DNA from: the human T2T-CHM13v2.0 reference genome, Homo sapiens
Strand: one strand, 5' to 3'
Assembly: GCF_009914755.1 (NCBI RefSeq)
Contig: NC_060936.1
Length of the DNA stretch: 64,000 bases
Notes under the pieces: generated by a model
Database searches by the model: none
The model's input: only the letters and a program-made list of their open reading frames with translations
What the model was told of the DNA's origin: nothing
Position numbers and translations under genes: made by a program
In this document: positions 26,726-42,200 of the stretch, piece after piece
How the letters are laid out: each line of letters opens with the position of its first letter
Position numbering within the stretch: the first letter of the stretch is position 1

Positions 26726-26919
26726 TCCTAGAGCCACTTTAGATCAAAGCTTTCAGTCCATCCTGTCACAGATAGGTTTAGTGAACCTAAAGCAGGAGTC
26801 TAGTATTTGGCCTCTCTGCTTGGGCATGGATTACAGGGGAGATCAGCCTGCAGTATTTGCCCATGTTAAGTTGTTTTTGTAGGGTGAACCCTCCAAAGAT
26901 ATTGAGTAATGGGTACATA

Positions 26920-27273
26920 TTTTGTGTTCTGTTTTGTTAGAGACAGGATCTTGCTCTGTTGCCCAGGCTGGGGTTCAGTGGCACGATCTCTGCTCACTGT
27001 AGCCTCTGCTTCCTGGGCTCAAGTGACCCTCCCACTTCAGCCTCCTGAATAGCTGGGACTACAGGCATGCACCACCATGCCCAGCTAATTTTTGTATTTT
27101 TTGTAGAGAGTGTTTCGCCATGTTGGCCAGGCTTGCTAATTTTTTTGTATTTTTAGTAGAGATGGGGTTTTGTCATGTTGCCCAAGCTGGTCTCGAACTC
27201 TTGGCCTCAAGCAATCCTTCTGCTCGGCCTTCTGAAGTGCTGGGATTATAGGCATGAGCCACCTAGCCCAGCC
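26920..27273 (-). mobile_element. AluJ-type with internal ~50-bp duplication
   Basis: Linker plus adjacent left-arm segment occurs twice (27084-27133 and 27135-27188). Confidence 0.9.
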
Positions 27274-27507
27274 TTAGGATGTTTCTTGTCTTCAAAATTC
27301 CTCACATGGCCCAGCCTGGTAGCCTTGAGAAGAGTACAGCAAGGGTACTGGAGAGGGCTGAGTTCAGAGGGGGCTGAGGGGCTTGATAACCTATCTTAGA
27401 ATTCCTGGGTTCCCAAATGAAGGAGAATATTATTAGTTGCTAGTCTCATCTTCCAAATAAGAGAAAAAGAGATAAGTTAAAGCTGGAGGTACTGAAATTA
27501 AGCTTAA

Positions 27508-27832
<325 letters not shown>

Positions 27833-30354
27833 AGCAAAGGACTTCTTGATAGTTGGCACACAACCGACTCATTTAGTTTGGAGTCCATTCTGTCTTCCTC
27901 CTGGGCCTTGTTTTCTGCTGCTCCATGTTGGGGCGAGGGCTAAGTGTGGTTCTGACATCTCTCACTTCATCCATTTCCAGGCTGACCTGGCTGACTAGAT
28001 GGGAGTCCCTACCTCCCTCTCCTTTTCATGTATGTCCTTCTTGAAGCTACATAGTTTTTTTTAAAAAACAACAACAACAGAGAAGCACTTTTCTTTGGTT
28101 AGACACAAGGATCTGTCCTTCTTGCTAAACTGTCAAACGAGCTCCCTGTGTTAGTGAGGTCTGCACATAGGATGAGGCCAGACCAAGAAGTTGGATGACA
28201 AAGCAGATTCCAGGGGCTAGAACTCCTAGGGGATAGTGAGCCCTCAAATTACTTTCCTAGGGAAAGAGGTCATGAGTGAGATTTAAAGCTCTCACCACTC
28301 TCTCAGATGGTTGGGCTTCTCCCATACATGGCCAAATGTTGTCTTGGAGAGTCCTGTCATGCCACACTCTAACCTTTTTCTTTTGTAGTCTGCTTACACT
28401 GGGAATGAACCAGTTATAATGGAGCAGTAGCATCTCAACATAGGGTATTATTGATGACCAAGCCCCTCTCCCCCTCTGGCTAAACTCCCATTCAATCATT
28501 CGCTACCTCTGGCAGTTCATTTCTTGCCACAACTTGCATTCTGGCATCATTGCTCCCCCCACGCAACAGCTGATGACATCTCTTGGCCTCCCCCATCCAT
28601 TCAGCAATACCTCTCCCCCCAACCCGCCTCCTCTGCCTGCTGTCCCAGCCTGTAACCCTGATCTCATTTCCTCCTACCTCTCACACCATTTTGAGACCTC
28701 TTGCCTCAGCCTGTGCCTGAGCTCCTTCCTTTGCTGCTCCTCTTATTCCTTTGCAGAGCCCACTATGCTCTGATCTAGGATTGTACCTGCACATTTGTAT
28801 CTTGCCCAAGAATCCAGGAACCAGAGGACTCCCCAGAGAAAAGGGTGGCTCCTATCCCCATGTTGCCCCCAGCTCCTCAGTGGGGTGGATTTCATGCCTG
28901 GGTTGTGTGTTGTTTGTCTGTCTCAGACTTTGCAGCCCCTGAGGCAATGGCTCTGTCTTTGCAGGCTCAGGAAAGCCTTGGCAGCCAACAAATAATAAAT
29001 AACACCCTGGTAACACCACCTGCAACTTGCTAATGAGTGTCTTTTCTCCTGCCTTCCCCACCTCTTGGAGGTTGGGGGTGGGGACCCCCAATCTCTTGGC
29101 AAATGGATACCTTCCTCTTGTTCATGTCTAGAAGAGTTGATGTTGGAGATTTGTGGGTGAGAAGAGGCAGAGGGATACAGAGGTGACTTTTAGGAGTACA
29201 TTAGTCATTTCTGGTTTCAGAGTTTTGGAGAGACTGTAGTCTTCAAGAGTAGGGTCATCCTTCTGGGGGGTCTTTGGGTTTCTTGAGGGCTCCTGGGCTT
29301 TGGTTTCCAGAGGCAAGCCAGGGAGCTATCACCCGACCCCATCTCTTCCCACAAAGAATATTTCCCTAAGTCGTTGGTTGGTTTTCTAAATTTGACACTC
29401 AGGTTGTCATCTTCTTCTAAATCCACAGGTTAGGTCACTAAGTGACTCTACTGTCTTCTTTTTGGTTTAAAGTATTAAAGTTAATGTCTAAGATTGAGAA
29501 GAGAGATGGGTGCTTGGTGCAGTTTCCCTGAAGGCACCTGTGCTTGAAATTCCAGCAATTGCCAACAGGTGAATCTGTGTCTTGTCTTTGGGTCATCCAA
29601 AGAGAGCAGAAGAAGTATGCAATCTTGTTCGCTTATGCATTTTCATATTGTTACCAAAATGCCATTATTTTAAAGTATATCTTATGATGTAGGCATGACT
29701 CTATTCTAAAACACATACGCCGTCTGGCAAAAGCCTTTTAGACCTTCATTTCCTTGTAGCAGCAAAAGGGAGTGAGTGGAATACATGCTTGTCTGAGACA
29801 GTCTCTCTAGTGCCCCATCTGAATCCTCCATGGAGTTAGCCTGTGATCCATTTTTCCAGAGGCAGGAAAATGAAGCTCAGCTCCTCCATGCCTTGCCAAG
29901 AAGTGTCACTCTAAAGGACTGAATTTCCCAGAATCATCATCCTCTGATCCCCCTCTTGATTCAGGGAGTGTTTCCTCAGCTACTGTCCATCTCCTTTAAG
30001 AGGAGATGCTTCCTTAATTTCTGCTTCTGTCTTCCAAATTTACCCCCCCAAAATTGCCCATTCCCTCACACTTCGTGCCAGTTCTTGGGGTGTAAACAGT
30101 CTTGTCTGGTATTTGGGGTAAATGAGCTCTGTGTTTGATTAATTCTACATGATCCTGCTTGTAGACGCTGGGGGAGGAGCTAGCCTCCTTTCCATCCCCC
30201 TGGAGTCGGAACCCAGACCTGGGCCAAGGAGGTTCATTTTCCCACGTGTAGGAAGCTGATGGGCCCCTATTCCCTGCAACATTTGGCTCCTTAGGTTCTC
30301 TGAGTCACCCCCTGACCCTAATCATCTGCAGCAAGGGCTCAGATCCATCGGGCC

Positions 30355-30450
30355 AACCTCACCCAAGAGGGCTTAATGAGCACCTGGCAGCTAAGTGCTT
30401 TGAGATCTTTCAGATGAAAAGGGCTGTCAGTTGTTCTGGGGTTATTAATG
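30355..30450 (+). mobile_element. Ancient amniote SINE 3' tail (MIR1_Amn/AmnSINE-like)
   Basis: aagtgctttgagatctttcagatgaaaagggct resembles the recalled tail aagcgctttgagatcctcggatgaaaggcgct; gagggcttaat lies upstream. Confidence 0.5.
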
Positions 30451-31689
30451 CCAGGGTAGTGGCGGCAGCAATTACTCTAGACGATCAGGACATCCAGCTT
30501 CCTTTGTCCTTGAAGTGAGTGCCTGGTTCTAGGAGGAATGGCTGACTGCCTTGCTATATCTGCCTTGGGTGCTGATGGGATGCTAACAAGGTTCTTTTTA
30601 CTGTTTGCCATCCTCCCTCCACAGCTGGACAGGTAGCACTGCAGAAGCTCAGTAAATTCTGAAATACTCACTCTCTAGGGGGTGAAGTGACTCTGAAGAG
30701 TGTAGAATGACAGAAGCGAGAAGCCAGGGCTAGAGGATAGCCACCTCATTTGTGTCTTCTGTGTCTAGAATTGAAAGGAGAGAGGAGTGCTGGGTGCAGG
30801 AGAACTTGAAAAAAACAATTTTGCAGAAGGGCTTGAAAAAACCAATTTTATATGTAGGCATGAGAAGAAAAGGAAAGGAGTTCTAACCACAGCTGCTCAG
30901 AAATAATATTAAATTTGTAGAAGAGATAGGAAGCATGACAAACCAAGGAAGTGGTAGAGGCACCTTCTCTGCAGAGTTTTAAATGAAGAAAGAGGAGGAC
31001 CATTGCAGGGGCAGAAGGATCACCCAGGATAACCTTAAGGACTCTGAGGTCCTGAGTGAACAAATCCACAGGGCACAACCACATTCCACTTTTCTACCTG
31101 AAAGGGGTGAGGTTTATGTTCTGGGCTTTAGTCTCTAATAACCGTGGATGGTAGCAATGTATTTTGAGGGGGTAACAATGGACTTGCCGCTCCATTCCTC
31201 CTGCAAGCACTGGGGTGGCGCGGATGGGCAGGAGGATCACAGGCAGAGAGAATGGAGCCTCAAGTGCCTATTTCCCAGCTTGTCCTTGTCCTAAGCACCT
31301 TTACTCTGGGAACAAACACCATTTCTTTACCATCTCCACAAACACAATCATCTTCCTTGGGAAGGAAAAAAGTCACAGATTTTTGTTGAAAAGTCATTTT
31401 GTCTTGTTCTCCTGGGAAGTTATGTTTACTTCCTGAAAAATCTAACCCAGACAGGAGAGATGCTCTTTTATGTTTAAAGGCCTGAAATGAAGATGTCACA
31501 TACTCTAGCATTAACATTCTTACCTTAACCACAGAGACTGTCCTCTTTTCCCTTGCTTTTAAAACCACAAATTTGGACAGTGCCATCTTCACTCACATCT
31601 ACGCTGGATCAGTTATTATCGTCCCAGTCTACAGGTCCCTGGGGTTTGGTCTATAGCTCTGCATTGTTTGCTGCCAAAAGTGCCTGTTA

Positions 31690-31937
<248 letters not shown>

Positions 31938-33044
31938 TTAGATAATAAAATAAAAGTGCCTGTTATTTAGATAATTTTACCCACTCTGAATTATGTGCTA
32001 TTTACTACAATTGCTAGAGGTCTAGAAAAGTGTTTTTTAAAAGTCACATGGCTTTGATAAAAGGGTATCAGTAAGAAAGTAGTGATTTATATGGAGAAGA
32101 GAAAGGTCAGGAATGGAGGAGGGAGAGAGAGGAAACAGGGAGAAAAGAAACTGCTGATCAATGAATTTAAAGTATTGCAAGCTCAAGAACAGGAGAATAG
32201 TGACCTTTCCTGAGGCCAGAAGAGAAACAACTGGGACTGTAAACATGAAGGGTTAGGATTAGACTAAAGGAAGCACTGCCTTACTGGGGAGTCAAATGAG
32301 GCTACTGTTGAGAAAGACTGGAATCTACTGTTCTTGGAAATTCTATGCAAAGGAACCGTGAAAGTGTAGGGGGAGCCAGGGTAGAAAGGACTGACTGCAA
32401 TAATCCTTTGCCACTCTCCTCCCTGGCTGTTTCCTGCCCTCCCTTATCTGGCAGGACTGTCCAATCCTGCTCTCTGAATCAGATTTGATGACTCAACACT
32501 GACCAATTAGGCGTTAACACATCTATCTCTTGGGCTATCTAGCCATCTTTATGGAGAACAGGATCTTAAATCTCTGCTCATCGGGACAGCCAGAGGCTTT
32601 GCCTAAATGGTGGAAAGAGCTGTAGACATTTTTCATAATTATAATGACTTTTTACAGGGAGAGCCATAACTCCTGCTCCATAACTCCAGGGTGAGAGAAG
32701 AGCCCATTTCAGATTCTGTGATGTGGGGAATGGAGCCATCTGATGGCTGTCTTCTCTAGGCAGTCTTTGCTTTCCTAATATGAACAACTTCTGGGAGCAA
32801 AATTCACAAAGGAGGATAAGACTGTTTCTATTCTAGGAGCCCTTCCACTGAGATGAGACAGGCTGTAGTCTCTAGAGGCATACAGTGAGTGACAAAAGGT
32901 CAAGAAATCAATGAGTAGTACATGGCCTGGCTAAGCTCTAAATATCTGTGTGTGGGAAAAGGCATTTTAGTTATGGAAGGCTTCCTGGAGGAGGCAAATA
33001 AGGAGCTGAAAAGGAGGAGGTCATTCTTAGATAGAGTAAATGAC

Positions 33045-33149
33045 TTTTTTTTTTCTTTTTAGAGACAGGGTCTCACTCTGCCACTCAGCCTGAAATGCAG
33101 TGACGTGATCATAGCTCACTGCAGCCTCGAGTTCCTGGGCTCAAGCAAT
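33045..33149 (-). mobile_element. AluJ 3' fragment
   Basis: poly(T) followed by gagacagggtctcactctg...gcagcctcgagttcctgggctcaagcaat. Confidence 0.88.
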
Positions 33150-33478
33150 GGAAATAGCCTTTGGGTAGAGGAAGGTGATTTTGAGATGTTGACCATCTTA
33201 GGAGCATAGATCTCATTATGAATCATCTAGAGTCTTGCCATTTTAGTTTTCCAGTTGATTAATTAGCTCATATTACTGTCACTCTCTCCTAATGATCCCC
33301 TACGGTACACCTCCAGCTTTATAAGAACTTCATGACACCCTACAAATCAGGCCGGAGATCTCCTATTTTACTACTACTCTGCTTGTTCCACTCCTGTTCA
33401 ATAACTTTTTGGTCTATTTCCTCTTCCCCTATAATGCTGAACATTGTTCCAAATTGCACTTCAGGCCTTGATTTCAAT

Positions 33479-33518
33479 TACTAGATCCTCAAACTACTAG
33501 ATCCTCAAACTACTAGAT
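33479..33518 (+). repeat. 16-bp tandem repeat, 2.5 copies
   Basis: tactagatcctcaaac x2 plus tactagat, perfect. Confidence 0.97.
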
Positions 33519-33942
33519 TGTCTTTTTCTCATCCTTCCAGCAATGTGCTGTTTCCTTATGATACCTAAGCAACTCTCATGGGCCAATAAGTGTGTCAAAA
33601 TGTTAATGATCAGCAAACTCTGTTCTTTCCCAAGCCAAGTACCTCTGAGCCTTATCTTGTCTGATGTCTTTCTTTGGCTAATGGTATAGCATTAATGGTC
33701 TTCAACTTTCTTGTGTTAATCTTACTGATGTGTGTTTCAGTCCAGGAGTTCCTGGAAGCAAGGCCTGTGTTTGCACTTTTTGCTTTATTCCACACCTCTC
33801 ATAGCACACTTTAGACCCCGAATTCATATTTTCCAAGTTGCTAGAGGTGAACAATTAGCTAGATAATTTGATCTGTGTAGATAACTTTTGTTTTTCTGAA
33901 GCATGTTTGAAGAGTTAAAATATGCATATTATTGCTTCTATA

Positions 33943-34647
<705 letters not shown>

Positions 34648-34769
34648 TGTAATCCTCTGTGGCTAAGTAGACACAATGTGATGAGGATATGTATATCATA
34701 GAAATTGATCTTTGATATTCTTCTAAAAGTCTTTCTTTGTTCAAAACACAGAAAGGATGACTTGTTGTG

Positions 34770-35000
34770 CTTCATTGATTTATTCAACAAATTGCCTTAT
34801 TTTTATTGCTACTATTCTGGACAAGGGATGCAAAAATGAAGAAGATAAGGTCTTTACCTTTTAGGTGCTTTCAGGTTGGTGGGAAGATAAAGAAGTAAAC
34901 CAGAATTTACAATAGAGCATGAGAAGAGCTGTGACAGAGGAGTGCCTAGGGTACTGGGATAAAGCAGTAGACACCTAACTCTGGTGCAGGGAGATGTCAT
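34770..35000 (-). mobile_element. L2 3' fragment
   Basis: cattgatttattcaacaaa...gggatgcaaaaatgaagaagataaggtc. Confidence 0.7.
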
Positions 35001-35769
35001 TTATGGGCCCAGCCAGCAGCAGGGGAGAGTGGTTGTGACAGCATCAGACTAAGGCTAGCCACTAGGAAGACCTTCTCAGTTAGATTGTGATTTCTCAATC
35101 TATGCATTCATGCACAGAATGGTCACACGCTAAGTACTATGTGCCAGTCACTACGCTAGCTCTTATTTAGAGTGGTGGACAGAGAATACAATATGCTAAA
35201 GGCTGGGGTAGAAGCTGACACTATCTCAATTAAAGCCAGTTGAAATGTTATGCTGCTCAGAATGTGGAAGAGGAAAAAGGAGGATAATTTCAATGACTTA
35301 CCCTCTTACTCCTTTCAAGTCTGTGAATAGGTTGATACAAATTCCGCTGCGCAGTTTATTTATCATCTGGAATCCCAGCAGTTGAAGGATCCGGAATATA
35401 TCAAACTTCCTAGGTCTCTGTTTGGACACCCTTCCTAGTTCAGGAAGCAATTAGTCTGAGAGAGACAGAAGTGAGAGTGTAGGAGCAGAATATATATCCT
35501 TTTAAAATAATTTAGTAACAACTCTAGGTAAGTGACCAATAATTTATAGAGTCTATTCTTTTTATAGAGATATTTCCTTGCTGCTCAACCAGCGAGCTTG
35601 CTGGGTTTAGAGGATTAATCTTTGACGTAGTAAATATGCTCAAGTTGTAATTCAGTCTCAGGGATAAAGGGAACTTAGACTTGTCTTGTATAAGGGAAAA
35701 AATATTAAATGGATTTGTTGAGGACCCGCCGTGGTAGTCCTTATTGTCTCTTGTACCTCAGCATTGCAG

Positions 35770-35920
35770 CTTTGGAACTGCAAGGGACCTTATTAATCTT
35801 CTCATACAATGTCCTTATTTTACAGATGAGGAGACTGAGATTTATGGTACATGAGGTGGTGGCAGATCCAGGGCTGAAACCCGTGTCTCTTGACTCACAC
35901 TTTTGAAACTGCACTGTGCT
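35770..35920 (-). mobile_element. MIR/MIR3
   Basis: aagggacctt...attttacagatgaggagactgag. Confidence 0.75.
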
Positions 35921-36291
35921 ACTGCGCATCACAAACTCTAGCCTCACTTGCAAGGCTCCCCTTAACCGCCTTCCCCTCGGTTCTTTTCTGTCCCTTCCTG
36001 TTGTCTATTTTCGGCAAACTGAGCTCCTCCCTGGCCTCCTGTCCATGCCACACGTTTTCTGCCTCTGAAACCTCCTGTAAGCACTCCCCCTCCTCAGGCT
36101 GGATTGCCTTTACTTTTCTCTCCCTTCTGCTCCTTGCTTCCTCTCCAACCCAATTCCACACTCCCTCTTGCAGGAAACCTTCCCAAAATAACCCCTTCTT
36201 ACTTGGAATATTTCTTGACTCTGCATCTTTTCAGCCCCATTGTTGGTTTATACTTGCTGCTGCTTTATTGCTTAATAAGCATTTTGAAGTC

Positions 36292-36589
<298 letters not shown>

Positions 36590-37576
36590 TCTGAAGTCAT
36601 TTTTTAGATATTTGTGTTCTGTCAATTTACTTAGATGAGGAACTTCTTAAGGGGAAGGCCCCTCAGAACACACACGGGGAGCTTATACTGCTGCCTGACT
36701 AGAGCTAGACCTGGGATAGTCTGAGAAAGTTCAAATGACCTCTGCATTTCAGGAAAGAAAAGAAGACTGTCAACTTAGGGGTAGTGGGAATGCTGATCCC
36801 ATTTAGAGGCAGTTGGCACCTATTTGAAATTCCTTCTTATGGTTATTTCCAGTCCTGGGATTCTGTAACCCTATGAACCAACTTGGTTATGCCCTTGCCT
36901 GATCTTGATGCTATTACCAATTTTGTGGCCTGTATTAAATAATAAGACATCCCATAACTAGTAGGTGGCAGATTGGTGTGTCCACTGCAGGTTATAAAAT
37001 AAAAAACTAGCTTGGTGGAGGGACCTTCCTATGTGTAATGCATTGTTAGGTAGAGCACCTGGCTGCCCAATGGATAACCTCAGTTGCTGCCTGGAGGCCT
37101 CTACCTCGGGGAAGGGAGGCCTTGAGAGCCATTTTGACCCAAGTTCAAATTCTCTAGAACAAACAAGCCGATCTCTTGCTCCAAGCTCCAGTCAAAGAGG
37201 CTCCAGTGTGTTTATTGACTCTTGCATGACCCTGCCCTGGAGAACAAACAAACAGCTCAACCTGACTCATTCCCTCCACCAACTATACTCAGGTCCATTG
37301 CTGGGGTTTGCCAGAAAAATCCCTCAGGCCCTGTGGAAAATTAGAGAGCCAAAGGTTAGGGCTCTCTGGTCATATATTCCTACTCTTTCTTCCCATAGAA
37401 CGTTAACCCTCCCTGGAGGTGCAGAAGACTAGCAGTGACTTCCAATTCATTTGACTTGGGCCCTCTCCATTGCTTGAGGCAAATCAGCTTGCTTCACTGA
37501 TTCATTCATTTGACAAATATTTATTGAACACCTGCTATATGTGAGGCTCTCCTCTCTTAGGATGGGAGCTTACTGA

Positions 37577-37926
<350 letters not shown>

Positions 37927-38235
37927 CAATGCTTCCATCTTTTAACTAAAAGGTTTGAAGTACCCTTTTCCAGACATCTTGTAAGAATAACAATACATTT
38001 TCTCTCCCTTACCACCATTGGAAGAACTTAGTTCTGAACCCAAACCATCTCCTTTCATTAAGCCTTTGGTGGATCATTTTTACTCTTGGGATTTCATCAA
38101 GCCCTGCTCCCCATTTTCCCTCACAGAAGAGGAGGCAGCCTCTTGCGCGTGTATGTGTGCTCAGCTTATTCCTTCTCAATGATTTTTAAAAAGAAGGAAC
38201 CCAACTCAGCCCCTCCTCCTTGTTGTGTTTAAGGG

Positions 38236-38541
38236 AGTGCTGTTTCCTAAACTGTGTAATCCTCAAAGCACTGAGGTTTCACCTAATGTTAATAAGGGTT
38301 TCTTGAAAAAGCATTGAATCAGGTCATTTTAGGAGACAGTGAATGAGACAAAATTAAAATCTTAAGCAGCAGGGCTTCTCAGAACCTTTAACATATTAAT
38401 ATTCATTTGAAATCTCAAGAGGGAGACATCATTTGCAATATTTTCCAAATTATTAGACCATGGAAGCCACTTTTAAAGGAAAACCTCTTATTCGTTCTTG
38501 GGACATTAGCATTCCATTAAATTCAGTTTGAGAAATGCTGA
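38236..38541. mobile_element. hAT-Charlie DNA transposon relic (Charlie4-like)
   Basis: Degenerate termini (tgtttcctaaactgtg...cagtttgagaaatgctg); internal cttctcagaacctttaacatattaat. Confidence 0.6.
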
Positions 38542-38549
38542 TGTAGTAG

Positions 38550-38710
38550 CAGGAATATTGAATTAAGAGACAGGAACCTGAACTTGCATCCCTCTTTGAC
38601 ACTCAGTTTTGTGACTCTGGAAAAATCACTTCTCCTCTATGGACCTCCATTTCTTTACCTGGAAAATGAGAAGGCTGAATTAAATTATCCTTCAGTCCTC
38701 TTCTAGTTCT
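38550..38710 (+). mobile_element. MIR/MIR3
   Basis: gtgactctggaaaaatcacttctcctctatggacctcc...ctggaaaatgag. Confidence 0.7.
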
Positions 38711-39423
38711 GTACAAAGGCATCCACAGGTAGGCCCAATCTCCTAAGAACCAGAAACAAAATCTTAGGTGGATATCTTGACATACCAGTAAAGGATATAC
38801 AAATAATACAATAAAGCTTTAAACCAATCTGTGACTAAAGAGAGCTGGAGTAAATGCATTTTACAAGAAAGGAAAGATATTTGTGGAAAGAAAATATGGT
38901 TGTTCCATATGCAGCTGAATGTCTTAAGGGAAAGATCTGAGAAGGCTGCTTGGAAGAGGAGCATTGGTATCAAGAGAAGAGAGCATACTCTCTGCTGACA
39001 GGAGTGGGTGTGGAGAGGTGGGGTATCCCTGGTTTATGGGGCAAACTACTTGGTTGATAATTCAAAGAGAGTTGAAGAAAGTTCATCTGGGAATTGTGAT
39101 GGAATAACCCAGATCCTGGGAGTCAATAAAGGTAAAGGAGCTTGACCTGGAGCACCTAGGAAGGTGGGTCAGTGCATATTTCATTCCCAGTCATCTGTGG
39201 TGAGGTCAAGGCTCCAGGGTGCTTACAAAAGACATGTGCATATGTGGATGGCCTTGGAGACAGACAGGTTCCCTAGTGGGTGGCCCAAACCTCTTGCCTC
39301 TTCTTGCATTGTGTGTGATGGGCTAGAGCTCTAGATTAAATCCATGCCTATGAGCACTGTCACTAAGAGAAGATAAGAACTATGAGCAGAGATGCTTATC
39401 TTTATAGCTGTTCTGGTTTGATT

Positions 39424-39445
39424 TATATATATATATATTGTGTGT

Positions 39446-39477
<32 letters not shown>
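39424..39477 (+). repeat. (TA)n(TG)n microsatellite, followed by degenerate TG/TA-rich sequence to ~39830
   Basis: Directly visible. Confidence 0.97.
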
Positions 39478-39991
39478 TGGGTCTATATGCACCTATGTGT
39501 ATGAATGTGTTTTTATGTAAGTGTGCGCTTGGACATGTATGTGAAAATGTGACCATGTTTTATATGTATATATGGGTCTGCAAAGTGCTTATATGTCTAC
39601 CTAGGCTGTGTCTGTGGTAAAAAAAAAGTGAGGTTTAATTTTATGTATGTGTGTAAAATGGTGTGTACACTACATGTGCATATGGATAGTGGTCTAGTTT
39701 ATATATTTGAGGCATGTATTAATATTATATTCACATTCATATTTATGTGCGAATGTTTATATGTATTTATATGTCTGTATCTTAGGTTGCATCTTTTTGA
39801 ACTACTTATTTTTATATTTCTTTGTATTTAGGGGTGGGATTGTTTCCTGAATTCAAAAAGTGTTTATTGAGAGCCTACTATGTGCAGGGTATATTCCTAT
39901 GTATGTATGTGGGGTGTGCCTAAGTCTATAAATATGCTTGGAAGGTACACATGCCCTTATGTATATGCCATCAAGTTCATTAAATGCTTAA

Positions 39992-40317
<326 letters not shown>

Positions 40318-41319
40318 ACCTATCTAATTTTTAAATCCTCTATTAAATGTCATCACTGTAATCTCTTCCTAATTATTTTTTGGAAGAAGCAGGAGATAAC
40401 TAAAAAGATTGAGTATGAGCATGTGTATGCATCTAATGCAGGTATGTCTGTGTGACGTAAGATTGTGCCCTCTTTATTTTTTCATTTATTTTCATTTTCG
40501 ACCTCCTGCTAGATCTTTGTGCCATCTCACTCTAAGCACTTCTTGCTCCCTTACAGCTTGGAAAAATACCTAAGACACTCATTCACCACTATGAATGAAT
40601 GCCTTGTTTTCTCTTCCTGGTGTGTCCAACCCAGGAAGAAAGGATGAGAGACAGTTAACAACTGATATTAAGCTCTAGCTGTCTAAGAAAATTTTTCTTT
40701 TTGCCTCTCCCTGGCCCTATCTTGTCTATCCTTCAACCAGTTCTCCTAATCCCTCGAAAGAGAGACACAGGTTTTCTTTTCCCCAGAGAAACCAGAGGGA
40801 GAGGAAGAGAGATTTTACTCCAAGGGAATCTGCTCCCATTTTATGGGGTTTGTCAATAATGTTCCTTCATTAAGATAGCATCTCAGAATGAAAGAGGCCT
40901 CTGCTCTTCGTGAAAAGAGTTGTTTTTTCTTAAGGGGGGAGTGTAGGGGGCATTAAATAAACCTGTTTGTTAAAAAAGTACCTTTGCAGCAGGAAATGTG
41001 TTATTATTGTAATTGTCTGATGCTAATTATACTTATTACTATAATAACCATTTTGTTGTAACAAATGATGTAATCCTCTTCATTTCTGTCACTGCCAGAG
41101 GCAGAAGTGAGTGGAGTGTCTATAGCAAGAGGGGGTACTGGGGGGTGTTCTTGGTGGGGAGGTGCAGTCAGGCCTAGTGAAGGTGGGGAGCATGTGCTGG
41201 TGGCTGGCTTTGCTGCTGAGGAGGTGGGAGATGCAGGGCAGAAGATACCTAGACTGTTTCACTCCCCAAGCCTGCTTTTCTCTGGAACTCCGTTCTAGGG
41301 CCTTTCCTGAAAGCATTTA

Positions 41320-42200
41320 CTCATTCAGTCAGACCTCCGTTTATTAACTCAACAAGCACTCATTTAGTACCTGCTGTGTTCCATATGTTAGAGTCAGCCC
41401 TAGTGATATAGAGTAAACCAGATAGGATTTTTACTGCTGAGATGTTCACAGTCTAGTGGTGGAAAGTGTTTGTAAGCTTGCAAACATTATTTTCAGTGCA
41501 CTAGAATAAGTGTGGTATAGAGTATTTAGAGTGCTATGAGTATATGCATAGAAGAGGTGACTTATTCTGGGTACAGAAGCCTGAAAAGCTGGATCTTTTG
41601 GAGGAACACTAGGAGTTTGCAGCACAGAGAAGGGAGTTAGCATGTCCAGGGAGAAGGAACTATATTACTAAAGGTATGGAGGCATGATAAAGGCTATTTG
41701 TTTTTGTTAATATTAATAATAATTAAAAAATGATAAAAATAGCTCATATTCATATCATACACTGTTCTAGGAACTTGCATGTGTTGATTCACTTAATCTT
41801 CACAACAATGCTATGTAGTTGCTCTGTAGTGAAAATTAAGTGATCAATAGATGCAAAGTGCTTAGAACAGTGCCTGATATGAATAAGCTATTTTTATTAT
41901 TGTTTTGTTATTACTATTTAACATATGCAAAAACAGAGACTTAGGTTGAGTAACTTGCCCTGTTTCACATATACAGTAAGCAACAGAGCTTAGGTTTGAA
42001 TCCCAGTTCTGAGTAGAGCTCCAGTTTTCAGCCACTCTTGTAGTTAGGATATGGAGTGCATGCTAGGGAGGGGTGGTAATTTGTAATGAGACTGCCAAAT
42101 AGTTTGGGGCTAGAGTGTAAATGGCCTTGTATACCATTAGAGGTTTTTAAACAGAGGAGTAACAAGATAGGACCTGCATTTTAGAAAGGCAATTCCCCAA
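41320..42200 (-). mobile_element. L2 fragments with interleaved MIR pieces (~41730-42040)
   Basis: catttagtacctgctgtg...cacagtctagtgg (L2); gttgagtaacttgccc (MIR); gaggtttttaaacagaggagtaaca (L2). Confidence 0.65.
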
